A stretch of 64,000 nt of DNA from a virus. A model generated the notes under the pieces. The model did not search any database, was not told the DNA's origin, and saw only the letters and a program-made list of their open reading frames with translations. Below, piece after piece: positions 29,719 through 39,091 of this stretch. The stretch spans positions 32,001-96,000 of IMG/VR virus record IMGVR_UViG_3300027659_000009; one strand, 5' to 3'. The translations under genes and the position numbers were made by a program. How positions within the stretch are numbered: position 1 is the first letter of the stretch; the number at the start of each line of letters is the position of its first letter.

Positions 29719-30348
29719 ATGGAATTATTAAAATCGTTAGAGTGGAGATACGCCACCAAAAAAATGAATGGGGAGAAAATCCCACAGGATAAATTAGAAA
29801 GAATCTTAGACGCAACAAGATTGGCACCAAGTTCATACGGACTTACACCATATAATGTTATTGTGGTAGAGGATCAAAAATTAAAAGAAGAGTTACAAGG
29901 GGCATGTTACGGACAAACACAATTAAGTGAGTCATCCGCAGTACTTGTATTTGCAACGTGGGATGAGGTTACAGAACATTCTGTAGAGAACTACATTAAT
30001 GAGATTGCAAAACAAAGAGAAATCCCTGTAGAGTCATTAAATGGTTTACAAGACATGATGAATGGATCATTAACCAACATGTCACATGAACAAAAGATTT
30101 CTTGGGCTCAGAGACAAGCATACATCGGATTAGGGTTCGCATTAACGGCAGCAGCAATAGAAGAAGTAGACTCAACACCAATGGAAGGATTTGTTCCTGA
30201 ATCAGTGGATACTGTTTTAGGTCTACAAGAATTAGGATTAAAATCGGTAGTAGTTCTTCCATTAGGATATAGAGATACAGAGAATGATTATTTATCAACA
30301 CTAAAGAAAGTGAGATGGGATAATGATAAGTTCTTTATTAGAAAATAA
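29719..30348 (+). CDS. nitroreductase (NfsB-like NAD(P)H oxidoreductase)
   Basis: WRYATKK, RLAPSSYGL, DSTPMEGF, LGYR. Confidence 0.9.
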   Translation: MELLKSLEWRYATKKMNGEKIPQDKLERILDATRLAPSSYGLTPYNVIVVEDQKLKEELQGACYGQTQLSESSAVLVFATWDEVTEHSVENYINEIAKQREIPVESLNGLQDMMNGSLTNMSHEQKISWAQRQAYIGLGFALTAAAIEEVDSTPMEGFVPESVDTVLGLQELGLKSVVVLPLGYRDTENDYLSTLKKVRWDNDKFFIRK

Positions 30349-30354
30349 AAATTT

Positions 30355-30428
30355 AGTTAGTTAGATGGCGTGTTGGCATACGCACCCGATCATAAGGGAG
30401 ATAATGGGTTCGATTCCTGTGCTGACTA
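30355..30428 (+). tRNA. atypical tRNA-like RNA / pseudo-tRNA (CAT within an 8-nt loop)
   Basis: acceptor AGTTAGT/GCTGACT, T-arm ATGGG-TTCGATT-CCTGT; non-canonical D and anticodon arms. Confidence 0.55.
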
Positions 30429-30486
30429 CGCAAAAAACATTGAACTGAGTTTCCTTGCTGCAAAGTGGGTTTTACAAGTTCAACAT

Positions 30487-30640
30487 AGTCAGGTGGTGGA
30501 ATGGTAGACACATAGTGACACGCACGGCAGCCTTGAATAAGTGCATTTTGAAAAGGCAATGCGAATGATGAAGAACACTACCTCACGGTGCGTAGGTAAA
30601 ATTCAAAGTGTTCATACAGGTTCGATTCCTGTCCTGACTA
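30487..30640 (+). ncRNA. 154-nt tRNA-like RNA with expanded anticodon/variable region
   Basis: AGTCAGG/CCTGACT-A acceptor, Leu-type D-arm GTGGAATGGTAGACAC, T-arm ACAGG-TTCGATT-CCTGT, ~100 nt between D and T arms. Confidence 0.75.
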
Positions 30641-30652
30641 CAAACACATAAA

Positions 30653-30725
30653 CTTCGGTACCCGTACCGCTGACGATGGGCTAAGTAATATACAATTCCG
30701 TACTGCGGGGAGTAGAATGCCGAAG
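30653..30725 (+). ncRNA. putative GC-rich structured RNA
   Basis: closing helix cttcgg/ccgaag; internal cccgt/atggg and tccgt/gcggg hairpins. Confidence 0.45.
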
Positions 30726-30758
30726 AGTGTGTTTATAAAAATAAATAAAAATAAAAAT

Positions 30759-30911
30759 ATGAGTGATAAAAAATTTGTAGAAGTTTGTGTAGGTATCGGA
30801 ATGAATCAGTTTTTTCCTGAATATACATTAATAGAAATACCTAATGATGTGGTAGTGGAAGTTAAAGAAAAAAAAGTTAGGAAAACTAAAAAGAAAGAAG
30901 AAAGTAAATAA
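30759..30911 (+). CDS. small hypothetical protein
   Basis: MSDKKFVEVCVGIG...; likely ATG at 30759. Confidence 0.45.
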   Translation: MSDKKFVEVCVGIGMNQFFPEYTLIEIPNDVVVEVKEKKVRKTKKKEESK

Positions 30912-30946
30912 TTTTAAACATAAGGTGATTTTTTATCACCTTTTTT

Positions 30947-30977
30947 TTTGTTATATGAAATATTTTACCTATATTTG
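30947..30977 (+). promoter_or_regulatory. Bacteroidota sigmaA-type promoter
   Basis: TTTG-N19-TATATTTG. Confidence 0.7.
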
Positions 30978-30993
30978 TCTTAAATAAATTCAT

Positions 30994-31728
30994 ATGCCAA
31001 AGATATTTGAAGTAGGTGGTTGTGTCAGAGATGAATTGATGGGTGTGGAAACAAATGATATTGATTTCACATTTGTCTTAGACAATTTGGATAGAACCGT
31101 AGAAGAAGGATTCCAAATAATGACTGATTGGTTATTACATAAGGAATTTACTATTTTCTTAAGTACACCTGATTGTTTTACTATTAGGGCAAAGTTTCCT
31201 AAAGATCACATTCATTCTGGTTTGGTTGCAGATTTTGTTCTCGCAAGAAAAGAGGTGGGGTATGTTGAAGGAACAAGAAAACCTATTTTGGAATTGGGTA
31301 AGTTGGAAGATGATTTGGTTCGTAGAGACTTTACGTTGAACGCATTGGCGAAAGATGAAAACGGTTCTATTATAGATTTGTTCGATGGTATTTGGGCATT
31401 GGAAAATAAACTATTGTTAACTCCATTGGACGCAAAGGTAACTATGTTAGATGATCCATTAAGGCTGATTAGGGCATTTAGATTTTCTATCACTAAAGGT
31501 TTTGAGATATCACCTACGATTTGGGAGACTTGTTTAATGGATAGTGTTGTAGATAAATTAGAGTTGGTAGTATCAAAGGAAAGAATCAGAGAAGAACTTT
31601 TAAAGATGTTAAAACACGATACGTTAAAGTCTTTGGAATTGTTTTCAAGAATAAAAATACTTAACCCTAAAATTTTGGATATTATGTTTGGTGGGGATAT
31701 GTGGTTAAAACCAACATTTGAAAAATAA
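30994..31728 (+). CDS. cca: tRNA nucleotidyltransferase (CCA-adding, class II)
   Basis: VGGCVRD..DIDF; DLVRRDFTLNALA; DDPLRLIRAFRF; SKERIREE. Confidence 0.88.
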   Translation: MPKIFEVGGCVRDELMGVETNDIDFTFVLDNLDRTVEEGFQIMTDWLLHKEFTIFLSTPDCFTIRAKFPKDHIHSGLVADFVLARKEVGYVEGTRKPILELGKLEDDLVRRDFTLNALAKDENGSIIDLFDGIWALENKLLLTPLDAKVTMLDDPLRLIRAFRFSITKGFEISPTIWETCLMDSVVDKLELVVSKERIREELLKMLKHDTLKSLELFSRIKILNPKILDIMFGGDMWLKPTFEK

Positions 31729-31732
31729 TTAT

Positions 31733-32788
31733 ATGAAAGAGATACTTAAAAAATATGAAGAGGATGGATTGTTGTTCAGACAATTCTATCAGACATTGGA
31801 TTTAGAGATTTGGAATTATTCTGAAAAGGTTCAATACGAAGGACTATGGGATGACATCACATTAATGTGTCGTGGATTAGTCACAAACTCTAATGGTGAT
31901 ATTGTGGCAAGACCATTCCGTAAATTCTTTAACATCGAAGAGGGTAGACATACACCTACAGAACAGTTTAATGTCTACGAAAAAATGGATGGTTCTTTGG
32001 GTATATTATTTTTCTACAATGACGTTTGGGTTATGGCAACTAGAGGTTCCTTCACTTCTGATCAGGCGGTTAAAGGATTTGAGATGTTGAAGAACTATGA
32101 CTATGAGAAACTACATAAAGATTATACATATCTGTTTGAGATAATATATGATGAGAATCGTATTGTGGTAAAATACTCATTCGAAGATTTAGTATTACTT
32201 GGGGTTATTGAAACCAAAACTGGTTATGAAGTTGATTTATGTGGTGTAGAAAACGATATCAGATTAAAAAATTTAATAACTAATATTGGTTTTAAGGTAG
32301 TAAAACAATATGATGGCATAAAAGACTATTCATTATTGAAGGGAATGATAGGGGATGATGAAGAAGGTTTCGTTGTTCAGTTCTCTAACGGTGATAGGAT
32401 GAAAGTTAAGGGTGAGGAGTACCTTCGTCTACATAAGATAATGACTAACGTATCTACCACTGCGATATGGGAAATGGTGAGTGAGGGTAAAGATGTGTTG
32501 GAGTTATTAAAAGATGTTCCAGATGAATTCTACGATAAAATTAAATTATATGTTAGTTCTTTAAACTATGGGTATTACCAATACTGGAATCAATTAGGTA
32601 AAACATATGATTACTTTAGGTTTGGTAAATATGGTGTCATAGAAGTGGAACCGACTAAGAAAGAGTTTGCGGAATTCATTAAAGATAATCATCCAGTTGC
32701 GAAGGCAATTATGTTTGCGATGTGGGATGGAAAAGACTATGATAAAATTATTTGGAAAGCACTCAAACCAGAATTTAAAAAGTTATGA
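31733..32788 (+). CDS. RNA ligase 1 (T4 Rnl1-like)
   Basis: CRG, RPFRKFFN, EKMDGSL (motif I), TYLFE, EGFVV, KVK. Confidence 0.9.
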   Translation: MKEILKKYEEDGLLFRQFYQTLDLEIWNYSEKVQYEGLWDDITLMCRGLVTNSNGDIVARPFRKFFNIEEGRHTPTEQFNVYEKMDGSLGILFFYNDVWVMATRGSFTSDQAVKGFEMLKNYDYEKLHKDYTYLFEIIYDENRIVVKYSFEDLVLLGVIETKTGYEVDLCGVENDIRLKNLITNIGFKVVKQYDGIKDYSLLKGMIGDDEEGFVVQFSNGDRMKVKGEEYLRLHKIMTNVSTTAIWEMVSEGKDVLELLKDVPDEFYDKIKLYVSSLNYGYYQYWNQLGKTYDYFRFGKYGVIEVEPTKKEFAEFIKDNHPVAKAIMFAMWDGKDYDKIIWKALKPEFKKL

Positions 32789-33435
32789 TAGATAATATAG
32801 AATTAATTAAACCATTATTAAATTTCACAGAAAAGGGTGACTTTTATATGTTATATGTGTTTAAAAGAAAAAAAGATCAACCAGAAGGTGAGAGAGATAA
32901 CCACCAATCAGTTAGAACTATTAAAACTTATTGTATTGATTCGATAGAACATTTAGAAAGAAGATATGATGAGGTAAAACAATTATGTGAGATGTTTAAG
33001 GCTAGGGCATACATTCATGTTCAGAAACAAAACCATAAAGATGTTTCTTTAAATATGTTGACAATACTTGCGGAACGTATTAGAGACGGTGTGTCTAATC
33101 AGAAAGGTTTGTTTGACTCTGTTGTTGGACAAATAAAAACAATGGAGAAAAGATGGATCATCGATGTGGATGATATGATGCAAGCCAGTCCCATAATGAT
33201 GGCATATATTGAATATGAATGTACACCAATTACTAAAGTTAAATTTGACGAGGCTGGATTTCCGATTGGTTATGAAGTTGGACCAAAGATTGAGACAATA
33301 ATTCCTACAAAGAATGGACACCATTTAATCACAAAAAAATTCGATGTAAATAAGTTTAAAGATAAGTATCCTGACGTAGACGTACAAAAAAAGAACCCTA
33401 CATTACTTTTTTTACCTGAAAGTTTGTCTAATTAA
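32785..33435 (+). CDS. conserved hypothetical protein coupled to the RNA ligase
   Basis: RKKD, ARAYI, WIIDVD, PTKNGHHLIT (DxD plus His, AEP-like pattern). Confidence 0.6.
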   Translation: MIDNIELIKPLLNFTEKGDFYMLYVFKRKKDQPEGERDNHQSVRTIKTYCIDSIEHLERRYDEVKQLCEMFKARAYIHVQKQNHKDVSLNMLTILAERIRDGVSNQKGLFDSVVGQIKTMEKRWIIDVDDMMQASPIMMAYIEYECTPITKVKFDEAGFPIGYEVGPKIETIIPTKNGHHLITKKFDVNKFKDKYPDVDVQKKNPTLLFLPESLSN

Positions 33436-33458
33436 TAAATTTTTAATATATTTGTAAA

Positions 33459-34115
33459 ATGAAATTAGTTTTAGAAAAAGATCAACGACTATACTTTACG
33501 AGTGATACACATTATAATCACGCAAATATTTGTACTGCAACTACAACTTGGGTTGGCGCGGAAAACCTAACCCGTAAGTTTAATACACTTAACCATATGA
33601 ATGATACATTGGTTAACAGTATTAATGAGGTGGTTGGTGAAAATGATGTCTTAATACATTTAGGGGATTGGAGTTTTGGTGGGTTTGAAAAAATTTCTGA
33701 ATTCCGTAATCGTATTATTTGTAAGAACATTCATTTAACCTATGGTAATCACGATCACCATATTCGTAATAATAAGGAAGACATACAGGAGATATTCTCT
33801 ACCACACAAGATTATTTATTTTTAGATATTCGTCGCCCATCTATTGTTGGTAAAGGTGTTATGGATAAATACTCTTTTGTATGTATGCATTATCCTATTG
33901 CATCTTGGGACAGTATGAATGATGGTACGATACATTTACACGGTCACGTTCATTTACCACCTAATTTACGATTGGGAGAGGGTAAATCATTAGATGTAGG
34001 TGTTGATGGTAATAACTTACACCCTATGACTTTAGATGAGGTATTATCGATTGTAAAAAATCAACCGATTAGAAAATTATCCCTACCAAAGGATCATCAC
34101 GAAAAAAGAATTTAA
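33459..34115 (+). CDS. calcineurin-like phosphoesterase
   Basis: SDTHYNH, LGD, GNHD, HYP, HGHVH, DVGVD. Confidence 0.9.
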   Translation: MKLVLEKDQRLYFTSDTHYNHANICTATTTWVGAENLTRKFNTLNHMNDTLVNSINEVVGENDVLIHLGDWSFGGFEKISEFRNRIICKNIHLTYGNHDHHIRNNKEDIQEIFSTTQDYLFLDIRRPSIVGKGVMDKYSFVCMHYPIASWDSMNDGTIHLHGHVHLPPNLRLGEGKSLDVGVDGNNLHPMTLDEVLSIVKNQPIRKLSLPKDHHEKRI

Positions 34116-34130
34116 TTTAAATTAATATAT

Positions 34131-34313
34131 ATGAGTGGAGAAAATAGTCATAGAGGAATTGGAATCGGGACGATTCTTTTCCTTATTTTTATGGTTTTAA
34201 AATTGACAAACCATATCGATTGGAGTTGGTGGTGGATCACAAGTCCTCTATGGATACCAGTTTCACTTCTAATTTTATTTTTAGTGATAGGGTATATAGT
34301 TTTAAAACGATGA
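34131..34313 (+). CDS. small membrane protein
   Basis: LFLIFMVLKLT..IDWSWWWI.SPLW. Confidence 0.7.
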   Translation: MSGENSHRGIGIGTILFLIFMVLKLTNHIDWSWWWITSPLWIPVSLLILFLVIGYIVLKR

Positions 34314-34732
34314 GTGAAAAAGTTCTATACATTGTAAGAGGAGTACCTGGTTCAGGTAAATCTACATTCGCTAAAAGATTAGTGGGAGACGATTTCTTAG
34401 TTTGTGAGGCAGACAAATATTTTGTCGATAAAGAGACTGGAGAATATAATTTTGATTTTACTAAAATCAAAGATGCACATAAATTCTGTCAAGATACAGT
34501 TGAAACTTATATGAAGGATTCATTGGTTAATGATAACTTCTACAGAGAGATTGCAGTCTCAAATACATTCACACAGGAATGGGAAATGGATCGTTATTAT
34601 GAATTGGCAAAACAATATGGGTATAAAGTGTTCTCAATAATCGTAGAGAATAGACACAAAGGTATAAATGAACACGGTGTACCTGAAGACAAAATTCAGA
34701 TAATGAAAGATAGATTTGAAATAAGTCTATAA
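34310..34732 (+). CDS. P-loop kinase (AAA_33 / polynucleotide-kinase-like)
   Basis: RGVPGSGKST, EAD, VSNTF, HGVP. Confidence 0.85.
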   Translation: MSEKVLYIVRGVPGSGKSTFAKRLVGDDFLVCEADKYFVDKETGEYNFDFTKIKDAHKFCQDTVETYMKDSLVNDNFYREIAVSNTFTQEWEMDRYYELAKQYGYKVFSIIVENRHKGINEHGVPEDKIQIMKDRFEISL

Positions 34733-34781
34733 AATACTTTACTATGTGGTGGAGTGTTATATAATTAAATAAAAAAATATT

Positions 34782-35207
34782 ATGAGTAAAGTTGAACTAA
34801 ATAAGAATGTAACAGTCCATTACACAGGAAGATTAGAGGACGGAACAGTATTCGATTCTTCACTAGATGAAGGAAGAGAACCATTAAGAACTATTTTAGG
34901 ACAAGGTAATTTAATTCCTGGTTTTGAAAAAGGTATTTTAGATAAGAGTGTTGGTGATAAAGTCACTGTAGAGATCGAACCATCTGATGCGTATGGGGAA
35001 TACTTAGATGGTTTAGTAACCACTTTAGAGAAAGGTAGATTCCCTATGGGTGTCAGCGTCGGTGACGTTTTACAATCTGAAAGTGAAAGAGGTACTATGG
35101 TGGTAACTGTTACTGAAATTACGGATGATAGTGTCACTATTGATGCTAACCATCCTATGGCAGGTAAAAAATTAATATTTGATATTGAGATTCTTAACGT
35201 AGATTAA
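34782..35207 (+). CDS. slyD: FKBP-type peptidyl-prolyl isomerase (SlyD-like)
   Basis: HYTGRLEDGTVFDSS, LIPGFE, AYG, DANHPMAGK. Confidence 0.9.
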   Translation: MSKVELNKNVTVHYTGRLEDGTVFDSSLDEGREPLRTILGQGNLIPGFEKGILDKSVGDKVTVEIEPSDAYGEYLDGLVTTLEKGRFPMGVSVGDVLQSESERGTMVVTVTEITDDSVTIDANHPMAGKKLIFDIEILNVD

Positions 35208-35273
35208 TTTTTTTTAGGGTATTGACATTGTAGATTTTTTTCATTAATATTATAAAAAATAAATATATACATT

Positions 35274-35474
35274 ATGAAAAACGTTAAAAAAGTGTCTGTA
35301 AAGGCAGTTAAAAACAGAGAAGAGGAATTACTTTCTCTATTCGGGCCCTCTAAAACAAATGTCCCTACAGAATCATTAAGTTACATCAGAAAAAATCCTA
35401 AAAGATTTGTTCAGAAAATCACTGAAATTTATGGACTTAATTCTGTAGTTAAGTGGGTCGGAGAGAAAGCCTAA
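35274..35474 (+). CDS. hypothetical protein
   Basis: own promoter (TTGACA...) and terminator. Confidence 0.6.
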   Translation: MKNVKKVSVKAVKNREEELLSLFGPSKTNVPTESLSYIRKNPKRFVQKITEIYGLNSVVKWVGEKA

Positions 35475-35561
35475 TTCTCTAAAATTTTTATTTAAAGGGG
35501 GGGTACAAATTGTATTCCCCCTTTATATTTATATAATAATAAAAAGATAAAAAATAAAAAA

Positions 35562-35852
35562 ATGAATTTAGAAGAAATTTTGAAATCTGACAAACCAGTT
35601 TTGGTGGATTTTTGGGCGGCTTGGTGTGGTCCTTGTAAAATGATGAACCCTGTGATTGAACAAGTTAAGAGTAATAATGAAAACTTAGAAGTTGTTAAAG
35701 TTAATGTGGATGAAGAAAGAGATTTGGCGGTTAAATACCAAATAAGAAGTATCCCTACATTAGTACTATTTAAAGAAGGTGTACCAGTATGGAGAAATAG
35801 TGGTGTACTTACCGAACAAAAAATAAGTGATAAGATAAAAGAAGTACTTTAA
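35562..35852 (+). CDS. trxA: thioredoxin
   Basis: DFWAAWCGPCK, IRSIPT. Confidence 0.95.
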   Translation: MNLEEILKSDKPVLVDFWAAWCGPCKMMNPVIEQVKSNNENLEVVKVNVDEERDLAVKYQIRSIPTLVLFKEGVPVWRNSGVLTEQKISDKIKEVL

Positions 35853-35952
35853 AATAAAACCCACATCAGTGGGTTTTTTTATTTTATAGAATATTTATAG
35901 ATATATAACAATAATAAAGTTTTTTTGTGTGAGAAAATTAATACAAAAAATT

Positions 35953-36243
35953 ATGAAAATTTTTAAAGACATTCTAACAGAAAATGGAATGTTCTCTCAA
36001 AGTAGAATTTATTTATTATGGGCTATTATTGCATACTATGTTACATTAGGTGTATTAATGGTTGCTGGTATGAATAAGACTACTCAGTTAGACATTGTAA
36101 AATTTAAAATTATTATTGATGCACTTGAATATGCAATGGTTCTTTTTGCAGGTTACACCTTTGGTGGTAAATTCTTAGGGGTTATTAAAACTATAGGTAC
36201 ACATAGAAAAGACGATAAAAAAGAAGAAGTAGAAAGTAACTAA
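35953..36243 (+). CDS. two-TM membrane protein (holin-like)
   Basis: two TM segments, charged C-tail; ATATTTAT at 35891. Confidence 0.5.
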   Translation: MKIFKDILTENGMFSQSRIYLLWAIIAYYVTLGVLMVAGMNKTTQLDIVKFKIIIDALEYAMVLFAGYTFGGKFLGVIKTIGTHRKDDKKEEVESN

Positions 36244-36244
36244 A

Positions 36245-36859
36245 ATGAAGATTAGGTTAACAGAAAGTCAATATAAAAGATTACTAAATGAAGATGATAA
36301 GTCATTTTTAGATGGCGATGTGGATTTTACTAACATAGATAACAAAGTTACACCTGTCATTGCAAAAATATTTATGGTTTTGAAAAATAAACACTTTGAA
36401 CCTAGTAGTGAATACCTCAAACTAAAAATACCTTTAGAATCTCCATACTTTGTAAAAATTGCTGAAGAAATAAGAACCTTAACGGGGTACGAAAATGATG
36501 AAGTTATGTTGTTAACGCACAACTATAGTACTATTTTAACGGAAGTTATTAAAAATTCGGAAGATTGGAAGTCTTTGGTAGGGTTACCTTTAGAATACTA
36601 TGGTAAGATGAATCTACCTACTTCAGTAAACTGGACTGGATACTTAAGTGGTTGGGGTGATGGTACAGTATCGGCTTATGCCACTAATTACGATGATTTC
36701 CAAAGAAAGATTGAGGACGGTGAAGTTGTGATAGATTATGATAATAGTGAAATAGAATATGACAGTGGTGATATACAATGGGAAAGAAATTACGACGCTG
36801 ACTACGATAATTTAAGTGATATAGAAATCGATTTAAATAATATTTCTTTTAACGGATAA
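36245..36859 (+). CDS. acidic protein with leader (putative virion internal protein)
   Basis: MKIRLTESQYKRLLNE. Confidence 0.65.
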   Translation: MKIRLTESQYKRLLNEDDKSFLDGDVDFTNIDNKVTPVIAKIFMVLKNKHFEPSSEYLKLKIPLESPYFVKIAEEIRTLTGYENDEVMLLTHNYSTILTEVIKNSEDWKSLVGLPLEYYGKMNLPTSVNWTGYLSGWGDGTVSAYATNYDDFQRKIEDGEVVIDYDNSEIEYDSGDIQWERNYDADYDNLSDIEIDLNNISFNG

Positions 36860-36860
36860 T

Positions 36861-37433
36861 ATGAAAATAAAATTGACAGAAACTCAATACAATAGATTAC
36901 TTACTGAAGATAAAAACTACGGTAGGTTAGGTGATACCTTCCAACAATATATGGTTAGGGTATTTAAATTGTTAGGTAAGAAAAACTCATCTGATGAGGA
37001 AATAAAAAAAACAATTATAGAGGATTTAGGTTTGTCTGATCATGAAACTAAAATACTTTTATATAACTATAAAAATAAATTCTTACCTATACCTATTTCA
37101 GAGTATGATAGTTTAATAGGAGAACCAATAGATTTTGTTGGTACATATAAAATTGCAGTTGATATGCCAACAGTAGTATCTTGTAGAACATATATTGCTG
37201 GGTTTGTTGAAGTTACTGCCAATTCAAAAGAAGAAGCAATAAATAAGGTAGAAAATGGTATTTATGAAAGAATGTATTTAGATTCGAATTCTCTTGATTT
37301 TATGAATCCTGATTTAGATTATGATTTACCTTCAGACGCAGAAATAATGGAGGAGATGACATTAGATAATTTTAGAGATGTAGATTGGAGTGATGAAGAT
37401 GAGGTTGAGTCGAGAGTAAATTTAAAAATATGA
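36861..37433 (+). CDS. acidic protein with leader; paralog of 36245
   Basis: MKIKLTETQYNRLLTE; shared SL(V/I)G.P(L/I)(E/D)..G segment. Confidence 0.65.
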   Translation: MKIKLTETQYNRLLTEDKNYGRLGDTFQQYMVRVFKLLGKKNSSDEEIKKTIIEDLGLSDHETKILLYNYKNKFLPIPISEYDSLIGEPIDFVGTYKIAVDMPTVVSCRTYIAGFVEVTANSKEEAINKVENGIYERMYLDSNSLDFMNPDLDYDLPSDAEIMEEMTLDNFRDVDWSDEDEVESRVNLKI

Positions 37434-37852
37434 AAATAATAATAACTGAAAGTCAATATAAAAAAGTTTTACTAAGAGAATTTGGTGAAACCGTTGATGA
37501 CCCTAAGAGATGGTATAAGATGATACTTAAGTGGGTAGATAATAATCCTAAGAGACTTAGTTTTGATAGTAAGGAATATGAAACTATTGCCTACGATGAT
37601 AAAGGTATATACTTAGGTTATTACGATAAAGAAGGTAACTACGGTTTTGTTGTTACAGAATATGGTATAGGTTTAGATGACTATACTGAAGAAATATTAG
37701 ATGAGGTAGATGCGGCTGGAGGAGATGCACCTGCTGGTGGTTCTTCTACTGTTTGGCCTCTTGCCGATGTTGGTAGAGGACCTGCGAACCCTATAGATAA
37801 CACACCGTGGGGTGTAAGTCCGACTAGAGGGCCCGCAAATCAATTAACGTAA
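37430..37852 (+). CDS. protein with leader and RGPAN repeats
   Basis: MKIIITESQYKKVLLRE; W...RGPAN twice. Confidence 0.65.
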   Translation: MKIIITESQYKKVLLREFGETVDDPKRWYKMILKWVDNNPKRLSFDSKEYETIAYDDKGIYLGYYDKEGNYGFVVTEYGIGLDDYTEEILDEVDAAGGDAPAGGSSTVWPLADVGRGPANPIDNTPWGVSPTRGPANQLT

Positions 37853-37859
37853 TTAAACG

Positions 37860-37964
37860 TTATTTACCGTTATTATTTTGTGTGTTCGGTTGTGTAGTGG
37901 TTTGAGTACTACTTTGAGTCACTGGTTTCGCAACTGGTTTTTTGCTTTTACATCCGCATCCCAT
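37860..37964 (-). CDS. 34-aa MGCGCK peptide (absent from ORF track)
   Basis: MGCGCKSKKPVAKPVTQSSTQTTTQPNTQNNNGK; minus-strand ATATTTAT at 37998-38005. Confidence 0.6.
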   Translation of the reverse strand: MGCGCKSKKPVAKPVTQSSTQTTTQPNTQNNNGK

Positions 37965-38044
37965 AATTTCTAATGTTTTTTGTAGTGTTATTATATTATA
38001 AATATCCTCTATTTTTTTTAATTGTAAACATTTTTCAATAAAAA

Positions 38045-38076
38045 TTTGGTAGTTTGAGAAACATTACCTATATTTG
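38045..38076 (+). promoter_or_regulatory. Bacteroidota sigmaA-type promoter
   Basis: TTTG-N20-TATATTTG. Confidence 0.7.
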
Positions 38077-38091
38077 TAGAAAATATAACAT

Positions 38092-39087
38092 ATGAATTTA
38101 GATTTTTTGAAAGAAGTTTTGTCCTTACCATCGATATCAGGTGATGAAAGTATGGTTAGAGATTACATTATAGAATATGCAAAAACTAACGGTATAGAGT
38201 ATTACACCGATAAAAAAGGTAATCTCTATCTCACTAAGGGTATGTTAGATTCTACGGACGAATATTTCCCTTGTGTTGTTTCCCATATGGACACCGTACA
38301 CAGATCACATAGAAACCTAATTGAAAATAAAGTTAGGTTAACCATCAAAGAAGATAATTTAGGTTGGTTAACTGCTCACCATCCAGAAACGGATAAACAA
38401 ACTGGTATTGGTGGTGATGATAAATGTGGTGTCTATGTTTGTTTAGAGTTATTCAATAACTTTGATAAATTAAAGGGTGCCTTTTTTGTTGAGGAAGAAA
38501 TAGGTATGTTAGGTTCTAAAGAATCGGATGATAGATTCTTTGAGAATGTGGGATACGCAATTCAATTCGACGCACCCTCATCCAATTGGATTACAGAAGT
38601 TTGTAGTGGGGTAAAATTGTTCGATGAAGATTTCAAAACTGAGATTAAAGGTGTGTTGAATGAATCAGGTTACAATAAATTTAGTATCGATCCATTTACG
38701 GATGTTAATCAGTTGGCTAAAAAATATGACTTTAACTGTTTGAATTTAGGTTGTGGTTATTACAGACAACACAGTGATTCCGAATATGTGGTTATGAGTG
38801 AGGTTGGGGATTCTTTAAAGGCAGGTGTGGAACTAATTAACAAATTAGGTGTTACTAAGTATGTTCACAAAAAAACTGTGGTGAAACCAATTGTGAATGA
38901 GACATATAAAAACGGATTGTCTTCACAGTTTGATGAGTTTGATGAAGATCCATTTGTAGATGAGTTTGATGAGATAGGTGCTGAGGTTACTGAAATGGTT
39001 ATAACTATGTTCATTGGTGGTATTGGTGAGAAAGATATTTGTGAAGAAGTTTCAAAATATCTAAGAGACTATTACACTAATTATTAA
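38092..39087 (+). CDS. M28/M20/M42-family Zn peptidase
   Basis: SHMDTV, GGDDKCG, EEIG, QFD, YY.QH..E. Confidence 0.85.
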   Translation: MNLDFLKEVLSLPSISGDESMVRDYIIEYAKTNGIEYYTDKKGNLYLTKGMLDSTDEYFPCVVSHMDTVHRSHRNLIENKVRLTIKEDNLGWLTAHHPETDKQTGIGGDDKCGVYVCLELFNNFDKLKGAFFVEEEIGMLGSKESDDRFFENVGYAIQFDAPSSNWITEVCSGVKLFDEDFKTEIKGVLNESGYNKFSIDPFTDVNQLAKKYDFNCLNLGCGYYRQHSDSEYVVMSEVGDSLKAGVELINKLGVTKYVHKKTVVKPIVNETYKNGLSSQFDEFDEDPFVDEFDEIGAEVTEMVITMFIGGIGEKDICEEVSKYLRDYYTNY

Positions 39088-39091
39088 TATT

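Noticed and set aside
30353-30559. 68-aa minus-strand ORF
   Set aside because: Antisense to the tRNA-like RNAs; atypical composition.
30513-30615. Group I intron in the tRNA-like RNA
   Set aside because: About 100 nt is too short and no P7 core motifs are recognisable.
30653-30725. Hammerhead ribozyme (contains CTGACGA)
   Set aside because: No correctly placed GAAA core or three-stem junction; kept only as an unknown structured RNA.
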